Source of the DNA: Octopus bimaculoides
Taxonomy: Eukaryota
Direction: 5' to 3'
DNA: 40,565 nt
Assembly (NCBI RefSeq): GCF_001194135.2
Contig: NC_068990.1
Coordinates: forward strand, 32,552,746-32,593,310
The position numbers and the translations under genes were made by a program. A model generated the notes under the pieces. That model ran no database searches. It saw only the letters and a program-made list of their open reading frames with translations, and was not told where the DNA came from. How positions within the stretch are numbered: position 1 is the first letter of the stretch; every line of letters begins with the position of its first letter. Positions 22,080-35,046 of this stretch are shown piece after piece.

Positions 22080-22894
22080 TGTTATGTCACAGTTCTACTT
22101 TTTAAAAACCATTTTGCTAAATGTTTGTCATGTCTTCACACAGACAGGTTCAAGGCAGGGGTGGGTGGGACAGCCTTTCACTATTTACTCAAACAAGAAA
22201 CATTTGAAGAGTTCCATATATTTTTTATTTGCTTATTTTTATTATTATTATTGTTTTTAAGATAAAAATCTATGTCCAATGTATCTCTAAATTATTTTGA
22301 AATAAATTCTTTGCTGATTTTTATCTCTTCTGTACAACAGTTTGACTGTGTTTAGTCAATAGCACTGATGGCTTGAACAAAACCTTGGAAGACTACAATA
22401 ACAATGGAAAAATTTACAATATAGAAAATTCAATCAAAAGTAATTTTAATGGAAATGATAGCAGGCAGACTCAGAATGAATAAACCCAATTTCACTTAGA
22501 CATCTTAAAAGAAAGAAAGGAAAAAAAAAAACATATTGGATTTGAGCTTGATATACAAAAAGTTTGAACAGAAAGCAGGTAAAATATTTAGGCTGGATAT
22601 GGTTGATTTAAATACTGAAAGGTTGAATAATTTCTTTCCACCTACCAATCACGAAGCCTTTAACGAAAAAGTCACAGATGCTACCCTTGTCATGAGAAAA
22701 AAAAAATAAATAAACAGGTTTAAAATAATAGTCTTGTGTAGTTAGATTTGAACTTACAACACTGATGGTACTTGTTCAACATCTCTATCATACAGCAGTA
22801 AATAAATGACAAATTTATTTTAGAAAATAAATTTAGATAGAACAACAATTATTAACAGTTTTATAGGAATTCAGAATTGCAATTTCATTTAACT

Positions 22895-23210
22895 TTTTTT
22901 TGCACCACTACCATCACGACTGCTACCACCACCACCACCATAATAATAATAATAATCGTTAGGACCACTACCACTATCAACGTCACTTACTATCATCATC
23001 ATCACCATGTCCACTATTACTGTTAATATACAACTGCCACTACCATCACTATTGCCATTAATGCCACTACCGCCATCATTGCTACTAATACAGTCACTAC
23101 TACCACCGTCACCACCTTCACCACCACAACCATTTGCACCTCCACCATCACCATGAACATAATCATCATCATTATTGATAGCAACAAAGTCAGTGTCAGC
23201 TGAATGGAAA
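22895..23210. repeat. Degenerate (ACC/ATC/AAT)n low-complexity tract
   Basis: Directly visible; explains ORFs 22889-23260 and 23023-23220. Confidence 0.8.
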
Positions 23211-23892
23211 TGTAATCCACATATTAAAACCATGTGTAATGATGCAGAAAATATGGTCATGTGATTCTTTTACTACTTTACTTTTGTAATTATGTCTTTT
23301 CATATAAATGTTATTAATTTATAAGTTGACATGTAGACTTTCTCAGTCTCTATCTCACATACACATGCACACACACACACACACATGTGCACAAATATGA
23401 ATACACAAATACACTGTACACAAATATCACTAGTGTGTATCTATATGTGTGTGTGTATTTGTATACACATACATACATACCCATATATATATATATAGAG
23501 AGAGAGATGTATGTATGCTTGTGTATATGTATGTATTTGCAAAGTTTTAGTGATGCCAACATTTGTGGTGAGTTGGATGGTGGGAAGGAATTTGAGATAA
23601 AAGAGAACAGAATAAAAATTAATAATTAAAACTAAAATTATTAAAATTTTCTCCTTTATTCTATAGTCTGCATATCTTATATCCATTGTATGACCTTTTC
23701 AACTGTTTCTCCTTAATTAAAATATATTTTACATCAAACTTATTGTTATGATTCCCAAATTTTGAAATAAATTTGAGAACTGATGCAAAAGAAGGAAAAA
23801 AAAACTAGATAGAAATAAAAGCTACAGAAATAAAGCAAGGGAAAAAAACTGTGAAAGAAGACAACAATATATATGTGTGTATATATATATAT

Positions 23893-24115
23893 GGGGTATC
23901 AACTAAAACTAGACTGTTAAAACGCACACATCCAATAAAAAAATTGTTTCATATGAAGTGACAGGTAGACAGTAAAATAAGGCAAAAGGAACTGAGAGAT
24001 GCTTCATTAAAAATGTTCTGGTGTGCTTGAGATAAATCAACCAAAGACAAACCACCTTAATGTAATGCAGCGGTGTGCACTATTTTCTTGCGTCTAGCGC
24101 CATCTATAGAAATGT
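23893..24115. mobile_element. Possible mariner-like terminal fragment
   Basis: ta|tggggtatcaactaaaactagactg after (TA)n, and a tagcgccatcta motif; no partner TIR found. Confidence 0.3.
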
Positions 24116-25299
24116 GCAAGGCATCAGAGTGGAGAATTAGAAATATAAACTTTTCAATATAGTTTTTAACCTTTTTTTTTTATATTTCTTTTCAATTCAT
24201 TTATTTGAACTTTTACCAGAAAAAAAAAAAAAAAAAAAAAAAAAAGAAAAAGTGTTTCAAGCAGTTCTGTATTTAGTGTTAAAATACTACTGAACATTTC
24301 TGGTTTTTTGCCTTTATAGAAGAGAACTGATACAATATGGTAAACTGGTTCAATATCTCTCTACACTTATGCTGATGATGTCTTTAACTTCCTTGTCTAC
24401 AGAACTATTTGACTGATAAGCATGAAGTTACTCACCACACACAAACATATTCCAGCCTCTAGTCTACATACATACTGCCTCTTGCCTCTTCTATTGCTGC
24501 TACTACAATAGCCTCTGTACATCAGAGCTGGTTAGTCTTGTTCTACCTCTACCCAGGCATTCCCAACTCAATAATCTCTCCCCTCTCTCCATGTTATCCC
24601 TATAGCCTTCATCTCCCTGAAGTCCCACACTAATCACTTCCCAATCAACCCTCTGGAATTTCCTGCTCTCTTGCTCATATTTTATCTGCTGCTGTAAACT
24701 TGTAACTTTTCAAGAGGCACAACAATAATTGTACTTCTTCAAGAGGTGCAACAATAATTTTGATCTTAGAAAGCCTGCAGAGACCATGGCCACAGCAAAG
24801 TTCTTCAGAACAACCACAAAAGTTTTGCTAAAAAATATTACACAGATGCTGTTAAGTTCTTAAATTTCATTTCATAATATAATGGTGGAAAGAAGATTGA
24901 ATTGACTAAAACCAGCTAATGAAAAATTAACTAGTTAAAAATAATGGCTTCTTGCATTACTGAAGGTTCAATATTGGCCGAAAAGAAGCACTGATTGATT
25001 ACATCAACAGGTACTATTCAAGATGTAATAGTTGCCAAGTGGCCATTCAACCTTTCAGAAAAACCAACCAAATCTATGTTGAACTGAGTTCCTGCTTAAA
25101 AAAAAGGGCTAGACTGTAGCTCTAGATACACTCCATTTGAAAAGGTGTTCATGGATGAAATGCCTTCGTTCATAGCTTTGATTGTAGCTTTGCTGGATCA
25201 AGACCGATCTGGAGCCAAACACTAACAACATTTCATTAATCCTGGTTGGATGAAAAGCTAAGTCAATTGTGACAGGATCTGAACACAAGAAGTAAAGAT

Positions 25300-25533
25300 G
25301 TAACCACATTTCTGTTGAAATACACTGCATGTGTTTCGATTAACTTTTAAAATAATGAAGAATTTAGTAAAATAACTTTGCCATTATTAAATTGCTGTTT
25401 GGAACAAATTATCATGAAATTTTGATGAAAGATTTAAAACACTTCAAAACTTTAAAACGAGCAGTTTATATTAAAGAACCAGAAGTGACAGGGTGGTAGT
25501 GGTGGTCAGAGGCAAGTTAGTATCAAGTGTTAA
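25300..25533. mobile_element. Probable TTAA-ending non-autonomous DNA element fragment
   Basis: Ends gtatcaagtg|ttaa. The body resembles a high-copy octopus repeat from memory only; not verified. Confidence 0.3.
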
Positions 25534-25917
25534 GGTATGTTACTATGAGAGATTACTGGATGTAGAAAGTGTGTGGAAGGAAGAGTAACTACTTGAAATG
25601 AGTAAAAGACCTTTTGGCAAAGCTGTTTTGGTGCCACTAATTTGGTGTCAGAGATTTGATACTGATTTATTTGATATCAAATATTTTAACAGTTCTCATT
25701 TTAGTGTTTATCTTGTCCTCTTCTCTTTTAATCTGTCTCTCTCTCTCTCTCTCTCTCTCTTTGCTTATGCATGTGAGTAGATTTCTCTTTATGCATAGAA
25801 TGTCTTACAGCTGTTTCCAAGATATTTATTATATCCCATCATTGGAGATGGTGTGAGAGGATGATTAAGCAATAGTTAGTTTAGTTAAGACAAGAAATAG
25901 AGAGTGAATGTAGGGAT

Positions 25918-25959
<42 letters not shown>

Positions 25960-25962
<3 letters not shown>

Positions 25963-26206
25963 TTGCTATTATGTTAGACTGTCGTATGTCCAAATTCGGC
26001 CAAATGCGTTTATTTCAATATTTATTTTTGCTTGCAATAGCCGGTTCTTTTGGTCAAACAATTATATGTCCAGCTGCTTCAGATGCCAAGATATCAAAAA
26101 CTGTCAAAGTGTAGTACAACAGTTTTGCTATGGAATGGTGAAACTATTTTTTGTTTTCTGAAAAAGCAATGTTTTGGACTTACGACACTTTTGCCTAATA
26201 GCAACG

Positions 26207-26207
<1 letters not shown>
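25960..26207. mobile_element. MITE with ~35-bp imperfect TIRs inserted in (TA)n
   Basis: Left tcattgctatta-tgttagac-tgtcgtatgtccaaa versus right reverse complement tcgttgctatta-ggcaaaag-tgtcgtaagtccaaa; TA repeats on both sides. Confidence 0.75.
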
Positions 26208-26258
<51 letters not shown>

Positions 26259-26261
26259 ATA

Positions 26262-26493
26262 GTTATGTGTGTGTCTGTGTTTGTCCTCCCACCATTGCTT
26301 GACAACTGATGCTGGTGTGTTTATGTCCCTGTAACTTAATAGTTCAGCAAAAGAGACCGATAGAACAAGTGCTAGGCTTACAAAGAATAAGTACTGGGGT
26401 TGGTTTCTTTGACTAAAATCCTTTAAGGTAGTACTGCAGCATGGCCACAGTCAAATGACTGCAACGAGTAAAAGAATAAAAAAAAATACAATA
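26262..26493 (+). mobile_element. SINE B 3' half (headless)
   Basis: tgtttgtcctccc..attgcttgacaactgatgctggtg..cagcatggccacagtcaaatgactg plus A-rich tail. Confidence 0.85.
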
Positions 26494-26912
26494 GTCGCAG
26501 GAGTGGCTGTGTGGTAAGTAGCTTGCTTACCAACCACATGGTTCCGGGTTCATTCCCACTGCGTGGCACCTTGGGCAAGTGTCTTCTACTATAGCCTCGG
26601 GCCGACCAAAGCCTTGTGAGTGGATTTGGTAGACGGAAACTGAAAGAAGCCCGTCGTATATATGTATATATATATATATGTATATGTATGTGTTTGTGTG
26701 TCTGTGTTTGTCCCCCTAGCATTGCTTGACAACCAATGCTGGTGTGTTTATGTCCCCGTCACTTTGCGGTTCGACAAAAGAGAGCGATAGAATAAGTACT
26801 AGGCTTACAAAGAATAAGTCCTGGGGTCGATTTGCTCGACTAAAGGCGGTGCTCCAGCATGGCCGCAGTCAAATGACTGAAACAAATAAAAGAGTAAAAA
26901 AGTAAAGAGTAA
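26494..26912 (+). mobile_element. SINE B full length, young
   Basis: Complete head, core, microsatellite and tail with many intact CpGs. Confidence 0.9.
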
Positions 26913-28811
26913 CCTAGACATGTTATGGATTTGATATTGATGAAGAAATAATTTTCAACTTGTCCTTTCAATTTGCTTCTGTTGGACTGATCAGAGTTTC
27001 TCAGAAATGACTAAAATTCATTTAACCTTCCAAGATACAGTATCATTGTTAATGTATACTATATTAATTATTAAAATATATTCTCTCAGTATTTTGTTTA
27101 TAGGAGGAGGTGGCTTAACAGAAAACATTAAATATTGTTAAAATGTATTTAAAAAAAAAAATTAATGAAATAAGTGAAAACTTGGTTATCTTTGTCCAAA
27201 ATATTAAATGTTTGGGACTTCATAATTAAATTTTCTTCTTGTTGTTGTGGTGGCTTTCTCATATAAAAATTTTACTCTAAATAAATTATATACTGTTCCT
27301 ATAGAAACAGTAAGTTCTTTTGAAGCAATAGATCACATGATACTCTGTTAGGAATATCACCTCTTTCCTTATCCCAACAACTTCACTCTCCCAACCTATT
27401 AAACATTGTTCTTTCATTCACATCATCCAAATTTATGCTGACTATTCCCCTACTCCTCTAACGTCTCCCAGTATCATTAAATTTTATATTAATTTATTTT
27501 CTGTTTTTATTGAAATTTTGTTTCTTTGGCAATTCTATTGATGTTTTCTTTCTGTTTTGTTTTTGTTTTTTCAATATTATTTCTTTGTTTTTGTTTCTGA
27601 AAGAGAAAGAAAGAACGAAGGGGAAGGAGGAAGCACTGTGGCTTTAAGACGCTGATTTGATTCGAATCAATAATCTATTGCACGCATACACACAAACAAC
27701 ACACACACAAACACAAACACACACACACACACATATGCATGCACGCACACAAACACACACACACGCACATACTGTATGTCTGTTGCTAACAGACAAACCA
27801 CAGCTGCACGTCATGACACCACACTGTTGTTATTGCACTGCATTGTAATACATCACAAAATGCATTCTATAAGAGAGCTCAGACGGAAATAATCTACAAG
27901 CCAAAAGGATGGCATAGTCTGCAGAGATAGAAAGAGAAAAACAGACAGAGAATCCCAGTGAGATTCAAAAACTAATGGTTGACTGAGAGTACAATAGGTT
28001 TGCACTAATCTCTAACAACTTAGCAAGTTTGTTTCAACAACTGCAAAGTCTTGTGGAATTTGGTTGTGGATTCTGAGACATGATTACTTATACAAATATA
28101 TACTTGCACTCACACACACATGCACATGTGTGCACACACACACACATGTGCGTACACACACACATGCGTGTACACGCACATGAATCATAGATATCCCATA
28201 AGGTAATATTTAATATATTTAGTATTCAAGTGGTATTTCAATCAAGGAACACCTGATAATAAACATGAATGTGTGTGTGTCTGTGTACATACATAAACAT
28301 ATACCTACATGTGTACATACATTTGTATGTATTTCTGGATGTATGTACATACATACGCACATACACATACATATATATATACATACAAACATATAAACAT
28401 ACATACATACACATGCATACATACACATACATACATACATACATACAAACAAAAATACCCTGTTGATGGTGTTGTAATTCCAATGAAGGAGACTTGGATC
28501 TAAGTTAGGAACCGGCTCTTTCTCTATTGGCAAGAAATCTTGAAATAAAACTGAACAATGATGCACACACACACACACACACACATACACACACACACAC
28601 ACACACACAAAGTTATAGTTGAATCTTAAATGCAACCAAGATCTTGCACTTGCTTGCTCTTGGACTACTTAGCTTTACAGGTGAGAATCTTAGCAGTATT
28701 GTGCATGCAGTTATTGACTTTAAATTTCTGCACAGGCATTGCTGACAGCCATTCTCTTTAACATCTAGGATAAGATAATTTGCCAGTGATAGTCATATTC
28801 ATTTATAAGTT

Positions 28812-29029
28812 NNNNNNNNNNNNNNNNNNNNNNNNNNNNNNNNNNNNNNNNNNNNNNNNNNNNNNNNNNNNNNNNNNNNNNNNNNNNNNNNNNNNNNNNN
28901 NNNNNNNNNNNNNNNNNNNNNNNNNNNNNNNNNNNNNNNNNNNNNNNNNNNNNNNNNNNNNNNNNNNNNNNNNNNNNNNNNNNNNNNNNNNNNNNNNNNN
29001 NNNNNNNNNNNNNNNNNNNNNNNNNNNNN
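28812..29029. other. Assembly gap
   Basis: N run flanked by (TA)n. Confidence 1.
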
Positions 29030-29494
29030 TATATATATATATATATATGTATGTATATATCTGTATGTGTGTGTATGTATGTGTGCATGAATGTATTTAT
29101 GTATGCATCTATGTATGTATGTATGTAATGTATGTATGTAGATGTATGCATGTAGATGAATGTAGGTACATACACATCACTGATTGGTTAAAGAATCTCC
29201 TTCACAACTCTATTGTCTTAGATTCAATCATACCATTTCGCATACAGTGCATTTACCACTATCTCATGAGAACTCAAGCCTTGAGTAAATTTAGGTAGTC
29301 AGAAACTGTGCAGAAGCCTGTCATATGGGCTCTTCCTGTAATCCACTGGCCCTACCTTGTGGGACACTGTGTCATACTGATTACATTAGGAGTACACATG
29401 TTTGTGAAATACTCAGCCACTTTACATGCTAATCCAACAAGTAAGTTATCCAGTTTATTAAACAACAAGATGTGCATATGTTAAAATTGACGGG

Positions 29495-29870
29495 CTCCCC
29501 AACCACATGGTTCTAGATTCAGTTCCACTGTGTGACAGCTTAGGCAAGTGTCTTCTACTAATGTCTCAGGCCAGCAAAAGCCTTGTGAGTGGATCTGGTT
29601 GACAGAAACTGAAAGAAACCCATCATATATATGTGTGTGTGTGTATCTATGTATGTGCGTGTGTTTGTTACCCACCACTGCTTGACAACTTGTGTTGATG
29701 GTTTTATATCTCTGTAACTTAGCATTCCAGTAAAAGAAACTGATAGAATAACTATCGGGTTTAAAAAATAATGTACTGCGGTCAATTCGTTTCACTAAAT
29801 ACTCTTCAAAGTGGTGCCCCAGCAGGACCAACATCTAACCACTGAAACAAGTAAAAAGCAAAAGATAAAA
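29495..29870 (+). mobile_element. Older SINE B, 5'-truncated
   Basis: ccaaccacatggttctag..ggcaagtgtcttctacta..aagccttgtgagtggat..ctgaaacaagtaaaa. Confidence 0.8.
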
Positions 29871-29874
29871 ATAT

Positions 29875-30023
29875 ATATATGCACATATATGTGTGTCTCC
29901 ATGTATGTGTGTGTGTATGGGTGTATGTATGTCTCTGCATATATATTTATGCATGTATATATAGATCTATCTATATGTGTATATAGATCTATCTATATAT
30001 ACATATGCACATACATTTAAATG

Positions 30024-30066
<43 letters not shown>

Positions 30067-30330
30067 TATGTTATACATGTGTGTGTGTGTATATGCAGAC
30101 ATGTATAATATACATAAGTGCACATATACATACACAAACATGTAAGTATACACACATATATCCTCACACAAACACACGTATATACATATATGTGCATACA
30201 CATATATACATATATGTATGTGTGTGGTGTTGTGGTGATGGTGGTGTGTGTGTGAATGAAAGAAGCATGATTTTTCCATGTGTGTGTCTATGTGTAGGCA
30301 TACATACCTACTGAAATACATATATACGCT
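29875..30330. repeat. Compound (TA)/(TG)/(CA) microsatellite field
   Basis: Directly visible; source of several spurious ORFs. Confidence 0.9.
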
Positions 30331-31039
30331 TGTGTATACATGAATGCAAATTAGAGCATAAATTTATTGAAGACTTGCACACTGACTCCAGAAACATCTG
30401 CTACCAAAATATTCCTATCTATTTGATATGCCTTTCCATGCCACCCATCCCTAACATGTTCTCTGTTTCATCCCCCCACCATATCCGCTCCATCTCCACC
30501 TTCATATTCTACTTCTTCAGTACTGCATTTCTCTGGCACTCTTTTCTTGTCTTCATATTTCAGCCAAACCTCCATAAAAGCTATGTTTTTCTTGTCTCAC
30601 ACTTCATATTAATATGGAAGCTACTAAACAATTTCATGGACATGTTTAACATCTTTCACTGCTTCTAAATTCCATTGTCCATCAACAGTGCACAATGGTG
30701 GTGGTGGTGGTGTTAGAAAATTAGCTGGACAGATACTAGACCAAAGAGGAAAAAACGTTCATGCTCTCTTTCCCATAATACAGAACTGCAGTAGTGGCCT
30801 TCATCCCATACAACCACTGCCCTTCAACTCTCTCAAGAAAAATTGTGGAATATTAATGTGTGTTCACTAGGCCCAAAGCCAATTTAGCCAGTCATATCAT
30901 ACAGCTGAATAAACTATAGTATATCATTTTATAACTACTTTATAACAATGACTGTATAGGCGATAACTTTGATAAGGTTTGAACTTGGAATGTAGAGAAT
31001 CAAACCTAGCTTGTTAGGTATGCATATAGTCATTGTTTC

Positions 31040-31795
31040 CATTGTCATGGTTTTAATATCCATTTTTCTATGCCTGCATGGGACAGATGAAATTCCTTGA
31101 GGCAGATATTTTGAAACCAGATGCTCTTCCTGTCACCAAACCTCACCTGTTTCCATTGCAAGATAATATTTCCTTATGGCTGTATATGTTTCCTTGGAAG
31201 ATTGCAATCAAATGACATTGTTTGTATGATGGCTCCACTGGTTTAAAACCAAATCAAGGAGACTTGACTCTAAACTAGTAGTTCCCAAAGTAGGCGGTAT
31301 TGCTCCCCTGGGGATGGTGGAAAGTTCCAAGGGGGCATTGAAGAAAAGCGGGGCAGTTAAGGGGTAGCTATTCATATAAAAACAACAAAATAATGGTTTC
31401 ATTAGGTTAAATACAGTTGCTTTGAATTTATTTCAGAAAGAGGTTTATGTTTGTGATGGTTAGTTGGGGTGGGTGCGCTAGGAATATGGGCTGCGTGTCA
31501 AGGGGGCAGCAGCCTGAAAAAGTTTGGGAGCCAATGCTCTAAATCAAGATAAAGTGACCCCTAAACCCATGCACATACCTCCCCACTCATGCACCTCCAT
31601 ACACACCCACACATCTCTCATACATATGATGGAGATGGCCTTCTTTCAATTTCTCTCACCATATCTACTCAGGCTTTGGTTAGCCCAAGCTATGGTGGAA
31701 GATATGAAGACACTTGTTCAAGGTGCCATGCTGTGGAACTGAATCTGAGACCAAGTGGTTGGGAAGCGAACTTCTTAAGCACACATCCATATGTA
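31040..31795 (-). mobile_element. Old SINE with B head and RTE-like tail (B/E), interrupted by a hAT MITE
   Basis: Tail reverse complement at 31040-31260; head reverse complement at 31625-31795 (gaagacacttgttcaaggtgccatgc..aagtggttgggaagc). Confidence 0.6.
31276..31536. mobile_element. hAT (Charlie-like) MITE
   Basis: TIRs tagtagttcccaaag / agtttgggagccaatg; 8-bp TSD ctctaaac (31268-75) / ctctaaat (31537-44). Confidence 0.75.
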
Positions 31796-32030
31796 TATAT
31801 GTGTGTGTTTGTTTGCATGCATGTGTGTGTGTGTAATGTTAAGTGGCTGGTTTATTGACCGCATGGCAATAACATTTGTCACTGTGCTCTGTTCCTCAAT
31901 CCGTTTTCTGTTCTGTCAAGTTAACTACCTCAATGCACTTCTACTTCACAGTAGTGGTCCCCAGTAGTAGAAAGGGTACTTAGAGACAGAAAGGATACCC
32001 AGTTACTTCAATTAAAATGCATGACCTTAA

Positions 32031-32358
32031 AGTAAAGACAGCCTTTGGTCATGAATGATCATGGGATTGCACCTCGAAAGTTCCCTTCTAAGGAGCAAGG
32101 TTGTTTAGGGAAGACCAGCAGTCACCCATGCATGCCAGCCTCCCATTTCCATGCCACCGATGTTATCCAAGAGAAAGGCAAAGGCTGATACAACGAGGTA
32201 CCAGTGATGTTGCAACTCATTTCTACAACTAAGTGAACTGGATCATTGTGAAATTAAGTGTCTTGCTCAAGAACACAACACATAGCCTGGTCTGGGAATT
32301 GAACTCGCTACCTCATGATTGTGAGCCCAACACTCTAACCACTGAGCCATGTGTCTCA
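32031..32358 (-). mobile_element. tRNA-derived SINE family D
   Basis: Reverse complement atggctcagtggttagagtgttgggctcac..gcgagttcaattcc then tgttgtgttcttgagcaagacactt. Confidence 0.85.
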
Positions 32359-32487
32359 ATCATACAAATATGGAAAAATATAAAATATTTAAAGACAAGT
32401 GAAGGGAATAAAATGGTTGAGGTTAATGGTGAAACAATTAATTGAAAGCAAAGTAAACCATATTATGCAGAAGGAATTAGTATTAAC

Positions 32488-32910
32488 TTATCTCTTTTAC
32501 TTGTTCCAGTCATTAGACTGTGGCCATGCTGGGGCACCGCCTTGAGGAACTTTTAGTACTTATTTTTCTTTTTAAGCCTGGTGCTTATTCTATCAGTCTC
32601 CTTGCCAAAATGTTAAGTTACAGGCACGTTTACACATCAATGCCAATTGCCAAGTGGTGGTGGGGTGGGGGTGGGGGTAGAGAAACACAGATTCAAAGAG
32701 ACATACACACACACATACATGCTCAAACATACATACATGAACATATGACAGGCTTCTACCCATTTCTGTCTATTAAATCTACTTACAAAGCTTTGGTCAG
32801 CCCAAGGCTATAAGTAGAAGACACTTGCCCCAGGTGCTATGCAGTAGGGCTGAACCTGAAACCATGTGGTTGGGAAGCAAGCTTCTTACCACAAAGCCGT
32901 GCCTGCACCT
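32488..32910 (-). mobile_element. SINE B full length, older
   Basis: Reverse complement of the family B head, core and tail. Confidence 0.8.
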
Positions 32911-33584
32911 GTATTGCAAATAGTGAATAAATAGAAATATCAACTACCTTTTTGAGAAACACACTGATTATTTTCTGATGCCTATATGTAGTTGCATAGA
33001 AGTTGGCACTTGGAGATAGGGTGGTAGAGAGATTAACAGATAGATGGATAGATAGACAGAGAAAGGGAGAGAGAGGGGGGGAGTGAGAGAGAAAGAGAAA
33101 GGTGTATGTGTGTGTGTGTGTGTGTTGATATGTGTTTTTGAGTGTGTTTTGGTGTGTATGTGTATGTGCATGCGATTCTATAGTCAAGCAAAGAATGAAC
33201 TTGAAAACATGGAGTATAAGTGGAGGGATTTACACTATCAAAATCAGGCCATCTTCTGACACGACAGTAATATAAATTTGAACCAGTAAATTTCAAATCA
33301 GATCTGCCATACTGATTACTCCTGTCTTTCTGTTTAGGGTCTTCTATAGTCCTATATTTTAGAGACAGGTAAAAGTAAGATGTTGTGGCTTGAATATTTT
33401 TTCCAAAGATGGTTTTGCATTGTAAGTAAAGACAACTTTCATCAACCAAGAATCAAAACTATGTTGTTGATCTGCTTCGTCACACTCTGACCTCTGGTTC
33501 CATGATGTGTCCAAGAACTCTCTATATACACATACACAATATTGTCCTGTATACATGAGATAGTGAATTTATTAGTACCTTGAG

Positions 33585-34008
33585 GTGAGTGTCTTCGACT
33601 ATAGTCTCAAGCTGACCAAAACTTTTCGAGGGGATTTGGTAGACAGAAACTCAAAGAAGTCCACTGTATATATATATATATATGTGTTCATGTGCAGATG
33701 TGTGAGTGAATGTGTGTGTGTGTGTGTGTGTGTTACATCTCTTTAGCTTGACTTCATGTGATAGTTGTAAAATGAGTGTCACTGTCATGTAAGCATTGTC
33801 CTTCTTTCCCAATGTTCCATGAGAACATGTCTAGTCATGGAAAAATATTACCTTACTTGGGAACAAGTGGGAGGGTTAGTGACAGGAAAGGCATCCAGCC
33901 ATAGAAAATTCACTTAAAAGAAAAAATTCCGTCTGATGCATGTGAGCATGGAAAAATGTGGATGTTTAAATGATGAGGATGATGATGATGATGATGGTGA
34001 TAATGTTA
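33585..34008 (+). mobile_element. SINE with B core, (TG)n and RTE-like (GAT)n tail (B/E)
   Basis: agtgtcttcgactatag..gatttggtagacagaaactcaaagaag then gacaggaaaggcatccagccatagaaa..catggaaaaatgtggatgtttaaatgatgag. Confidence 0.75.
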
Positions 34009-34089
34009 CTTTGTAGTTAAGAGTTCAAATCACAGCATGGTTTATTTAGCTTTTTGTGACTGGTTGATTAAATAAAATACCAGCAATAT

Positions 34090-34118
34090 TTATGGTGTAG
34101 GGGTTTGAAAATAACTTT
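34090..34118 (-). CDS. Candidate terminal coding segment (ESYFQTPTP*) of the minus-strand gene
   Basis: Very strong acceptor tttcctttcctttcttgtttttgcag|; phase 1 fits exon 35047-35145; AATAAA at 34041-34046 (minus). Confidence 0.3.
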
Positions 34119-34454
34119 CTGCAAAAACAAGAAAGGAAAGGAAATTAAATCGATGTTGTTTTGCCATAACCACTGAGAATTGGAAACTACAGTTCCAGAA
34201 ATACTAACACAAGAAATCGGTCAGCACCGTAAACAACGCTAGTTGTGTTATAATGGTTTTACAAGGACAGCTGCCAATAAGCCCGTTTGTCTTCTGTGTG
34301 AGCAGTTCCATTGATGCTATTATTATCTCCTCTGTTTAAGACTACAATTATCAGTGCTGGCCCAAGTGCACATGTACTAACAGCCACATTGTGCTTGTGT
34401 TATTGTTCTCTGAAGCAATTACATTCCTGTAATTATTATATCCTTTTTGTTACA

Positions 34455-34553
34455 CTACCACCACCACCACCACTACCAACAACAACAACAACAACAACAG
34501 CAGGTGCAACAACAACAGCAGCAGCACATCACCCCCCACTACTACTACTACTG

Positions 34554-34598
<45 letters not shown>

Positions 34599-34622
34599 AC
34601 GATAATGATAAAGATAATAATC
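34455..34622. repeat. Compound trinucleotide tract (CCA)(CAA)(CAG)(CTA)(ATA)
   Basis: Directly visible. Confidence 0.9.
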
Positions 34623-34719
34623 ATTAATTCTGCCCCAAACCAAAAAAGATGAGCAAATTATTGATTGGAAGCTGTGATTATTAAGTGTGGAAACCAAATC
34701 ACAGTATAGGCTACCTGAA

Positions 34720-34800
34720 GCTGACCTTGGCTAACTTATGCTGATCTTAGCCAATTGACACTGACCTTAGCTAAGTGACGCTGACTTTGAACCAAGGTCA
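34720..34800. repeat. 20-bp degenerate tandem repeat x4 (gctgaccttagctaa....)
   Basis: Units at 34720, 34740, 34760 and 34780. Confidence 0.75.
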
Positions 34801-35046
34801 CTCATATATAACTGGAGGCAAAACAAACTCTACTCTTGTAAAAAAAAAAAAAAAAAATCAGTTTGTTTCATAACAGGGAAGTTGATAGAGTCTATAATAT
34901 ATTAGCTCAAGTGATGGTGACCGATTTTATAAAACTGAGTCTTATGCTCCAATGAAAGTGTTCCTTGTTTTTATGTTAACATTTCTGTGAATTCTCTACA
35001 AATGAAATAGATACCCTCTTGGAATGCAGTATTTCATCTCATTTAC

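Noticed and set aside
22889-23260. Gly/Asp-rich ORF
   Set aside because: Translation of degenerate trinucleotide repeats
28640-28680. Plus-strand exon ending cag|gtgaga (ILHLLALGLLSFT)
   Set aside because: Strong donor but no convincing acceptor or start in that frame
27657-30321. His/Thr/Tyr/Ile/Cys/Val-rich ORFs
   Set aside because: Translations of (CA)/(TA)/(TG) microsatellites
33234-33351. Minus-strand exon TIEDPKQKDRSNQYGRSDLKFTGSNLYYCRVRRWPDFDS
   Set aside because: Acceptor is reasonable, but the donor is weak. It fits only an alternative phase-0 reading of 34081-34118 that conflicts with the better exon at 35047; left unresolved.
34185-34200. ZNF143/Staf-like promoter motif aactacagttccagaa
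   Set aside because: One base short of ACTACAnnTCCCA, with no other promoter support
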